A stretch of DNA of 64,000 bases, taken from contig MEDY01000011.1 in NCBI GenBank assembly GCA_001724265.1, positions 62,001 through 126,000 of the forward strand, read 5' to 3'. Origin of the DNA: Rhizaria sp. SCN 62-66 (Eukaryota). This document shows positions 61,474 to 64,000 of the stretch, in pieces (positions within the stretch are counted from its first letter, which is position 1; the number at the start of each line of letters is the position of its first letter). The translations under genes and the position numbers were made by a program. The notes below the pieces were generated by a model. The model saw nothing but the letters and a program-made list of their open reading frames with translations. It was not told where the DNA came from and did no database searches.

Positions 61474-63336
61474 TCACACAGAGCCCGACTCCTGGTTGTC
61501 AGACAGCTTATGCAGCCACAGGAACGCGTCCGTGCCGTAACCGTCGATCGAGCAGAGCTGCAGGTCGCCGCCGAAGTACCGCGCGAATAGACGGGACAGT
61601 GGGAGGCCGTAGCCAAACCCGGCAAGCGGCGCCGATGTGAGCCCGCGGCCGCTGGTCGACTGCTCGAGCAGGTTCTTCTGCACCTCGGCGCCGGCGGTCG
61701 TGTGCAGATAAGTCCAGATCTTGTCCATGTCTCCGCGCGCGATGCCGCCGCCCTGGTCCGAAACCTTGACGCCAAGGTCCTTCTCGCCGAAAACTATCAT
61801 GACTTCGACGTCGGGCAGCTCGCCACCGCCGCGGTGCGCCTCCACGGTTGCTCGCATAGAGTTCTTAAGCAGCTCGAACATGATGTGGTGCAGGTGGCTG
61901 GGTACGTACGCAAGACGGCGGTGCCGCGAGACCGGCGCGCTGCCCGTCAGCACGAGGGTCTCGCCCTCGCTCGTGCTGCTCTCGCGGTCGCTTGCGGGCT
62001 TGTTCGCGTCCGCGGCACGCTTGTCAGCGAGCTCGAGCTGCTCGAGCTCCCACGCGTTGCCCACGGTCACGTTGACGGCCGGGGCGTCGCCGCATGTGAA
62101 CTCGCAGAGCCGGCCGGCGTCCTCGATGGCGATCTTGACCACCTCAACGGGGTCCATCTCGAGTGCGATGATGCCGCTATAGCCCGCGATGGGGGAGTGC
62201 AGCGCGAGGTGCTGCGCGATCAACACGCGGATGCCGATGCGCGAGAGATAGAAGCGGTCCAGGAACTGCGTAAGAAACGGACAGCCCTGGTCGCCGGCCG
62301 TCGCGCGCACGGCCTCCTTGATCTGCAGCACGCCGCGCGCGAGCATGGGCACCACGTCGCGGTGGCGCTCGAAGATGTTCTCGAGCCGAGCGCGGAACGC
62401 CTCCGCTTCGGCGACGTCCTGCGGTGGCGGGAACGATACGATCTCGCGCAAAGAGTCCTCGTACCACTGGCGCACGGTCATCACAGGCACGGTGTTCGAG
62501 AGTCCGTACGGTAGAGCCTCAAGCTCGGAGATGCGTTTCGACAGACGCACGGGGAGCTCGGCGCAGAGGAACGCGGCGTTCTGCAACAGCCCGTCGAGAG
62601 TGACGCGGGAACCCATCGAGACGATGTGGGACAGCGACATCGGCGTAACGTCGCCGCGCGCAAGCTCGCGGATCTGGGCCTGGAACACGTGGCGCGAGCC
62701 CATGTACGCGGGCACGTCGTACAGGCGGTCACCGCCGGCCTGAGGCCCAGCAGTCGCGGACGGGGGCAGCACATCACCGTCGGCGCCCGTGGCAGCGGCA
62801 GCAGCGGAAACGGGGCTACCTGTGCTTGTGCTGTGTGACGGCACAGGTGCGTGCGCGTGCGATGCTGCTCCTGCGCCTGTACCTGTGTTGCTGCCGTGGC
62901 CGTGAGAGAGAGGCGAGCGGAGAGTCGAGGGATTGCCGAACGAGTCCGCCTCACCGCCTGCGACACTGTTGGCCACGCCGCCGAATGAGCCACCGCGGCT
63001 GCCGTAGTTGTGAGAAGTCATAAAACGCATGCTACCTAATAGTGTGGACACTGTGGAGCGGGATGTGGAGGTTCTGTTGCTCTTATGCGCCCTGTTGCTG
63101 ATGACCGGCTTCAAGAGAGTTTGAGGAGTGATGAAGCCGTTTGATGGCAGGATGATGGATTGATGCGTGGTACCACAAATGTTGTTGCGTTCTAAGGTTG
63201 TCATGCTCGCAGACAATGTCTTCAACGGCGTAGCTGACAAGGAGACTCGCGGGAACGCGGCTGTGACGAGTGAAGACGACATTGTGCAGAGAGTTCGCTG
63301 TGTTGCGAGTCCCAGACTACGGCACGCAGGAAACAT
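61474..63336 (-). CDS. PDK: Mitochondrial pyruvate dehydrogenase kinase / BCKD kinase family protein, about 620 aa
   Basis: FLCAELPVRL, VRQWYEDS, FLDRFYLSRIGIRVLIAQH, YVPSHLHHIMFELLKNSMRATVE, KVSDQGGGI, APLAGFGYGLPLSRLFARYFGGDL, GYGTD. R/S/L/T-rich presequence-like N-terminus. The exact start Met is uncertain. Confidence 0.93.
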   Translation of the reverse strand: MFPACRSLGLATQRTLCTMSSSLVTAAFPRVSLSATPLKTLSASMTTLERNNICGTTHQSIILPSNGFITPQTLLKPVISNRAHKSNRTSTSRSTVSTLLGSMRFMTSHNYGSRGGSFGGVANSVAGGEADSFGNPSTLRSPLSHGHGSNTGTGAGAASHAHAPVPSHSTSTGSPVSAAAAATGADGDVLPPSATAGPQAGGDRLYDVPAYMGSRHVFQAQIRELARGDVTPMSLSHIVSMGSRVTLDGLLQNAAFLCAELPVRLSKRISELEALPYGLSNTVPVMTVRQWYEDSLREIVSFPPPQDVAEAEAFRARLENIFERHRDVVPMLARGVLQIKEAVRATAGDQGCPFLTQFLDRFYLSRIGIRVLIAQHLALHSPIAGYSGIIALEMDPVEVVKIAIEDAGRLCEFTCGDAPAVNVTVGNAWELEQLELADKRAADANKPASDRESSTSEGETLVLTGSAPVSRHRRLAYVPSHLHHIMFELLKNSMRATVEAHRGGGELPDVEVMIVFGEKDLGVKVSDQGGGIARGDMDKIWTYLHTTAGAEVQKNLLEQSTSGRGLTSAPLAGFGYGLPLSRLFARYFGGDLQLCSIDGYGTDAFLWLHKLSDNQESGSV

Positions 63337-64000
63337 ACCAAGCTTCTGTTTGCTGTGAAGGGCAAATAATGGTGCAAAGATAACGAGAAAATAGTATTGA
63401 ATAAGCAATTACGGCTCGTTATAAAGCTTAGAAATTGGGATTTTGTCGGGATGATTCGAGAGTTCGAGTGACAAGTCGGAACGTTACGAAGAAGCAAGTG
63501 GAAGGCATCCTTCGCACATCAAACTGAGGTGTAATCAGTTTTATGGACTTTAATTCATAGAAACTATTCAAAAAGATCATTGACAGACAACCTGACGAGC
63601 GGGGTGAAGCAGTATGATCAGACCGAAACAGTGCCTCAGCCCTCCTCTTCTTATCGGCCTCACCGGGAAACTTACGAAATAAGTGTGTATAATGAGTAAG
63701 ATAAGTGTTTCGTGACTGAATCTTTTCAGGCATAGCATATTAAACATTGGCTTTCACCGAGATGCAAGAAGCTTGACTTTATTGGGTGTTAAGGGCCTCA
63801 GATCGTCCAAGATACATGTTTTGATCCGTTTGTAGAGGAGGCAATGTATGAACAAAGGAAGGTGTATCTTCATGTAGTCCGAGAGCCAACAAGTCTGAAT
63901 GATATGGTCAAGCTTTAAACCAAACTTGAAAGAATAAAAGGCAAAAATATGCATCATCTGTTGCCAAACACCCCACGTTGCAGCTCGAAAGATGGCGGCG

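Noticed and set aside
1493-63023. Hundreds of antisense and alternative-frame ORFs, such as 1493..2230+, 8995..9909+, 29617..30726+ and 57380..58723-
   Set aside because: Shadow ORFs expected from GC-rich, Ala-rich coding DNA. They overlap genes with recognisable motifs and have none of their own.
1-64000. tRNA, rRNA, snRNA genes, CRISPR arrays and prokaryotic operon or defence systems
   Set aside because: None recognised by eye and the gene content is eukaryotic. Small ncRNAs in introns or spacers cannot be excluded without an Infernal or tRNAscan search.

Overview
Gene-dense nuclear DNA from a GC-rich, probably flagellated microbial eukaryote. It is not prokaryotic: there are spliceosomal GT-AG introns, an APC/C subunit, SRPK, prefoldin and a dynein-regulatory-complex-like gene. 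I reconstructed 16 protein-coding genes by hand, including 14 introns of 119-253 nt that all keep the reading frame: mitochondrial bL33, CCDC153/DRC12-like, a GT-like type II membrane protein, a giant glycoside hydrolase + beta-1,3-glucan synthase (GT48) fusion, SRPK, a standalone Pol I-type 5'-3' exonuclease, FNTA, a coiled-coil protein, PFDN4, short-form RNase Z, an unknown low-complexity protein, V-ATPase subunit e, F-ATP synthase subunit b, CDC16/APC6, a 3274-aa unknown and a PDK/BCKDK-family kinase. Main leads: (1) the roughly 17.7-kb uninterrupted gene joining a clan GH-A hydrolase/transglycosylase to a GT48 synthase; (2) a single in-frame TAG separating its apparent signal peptide from the rest, in a window where none of the 16 genes ends in TAG; (3) all 14 intron donors have a pyrimidine at +4, mostly GTACGY. 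I saw no RNA genes, mobile elements or CRISPR arrays. All family calls come from motif recognition by eye; no database search was run.
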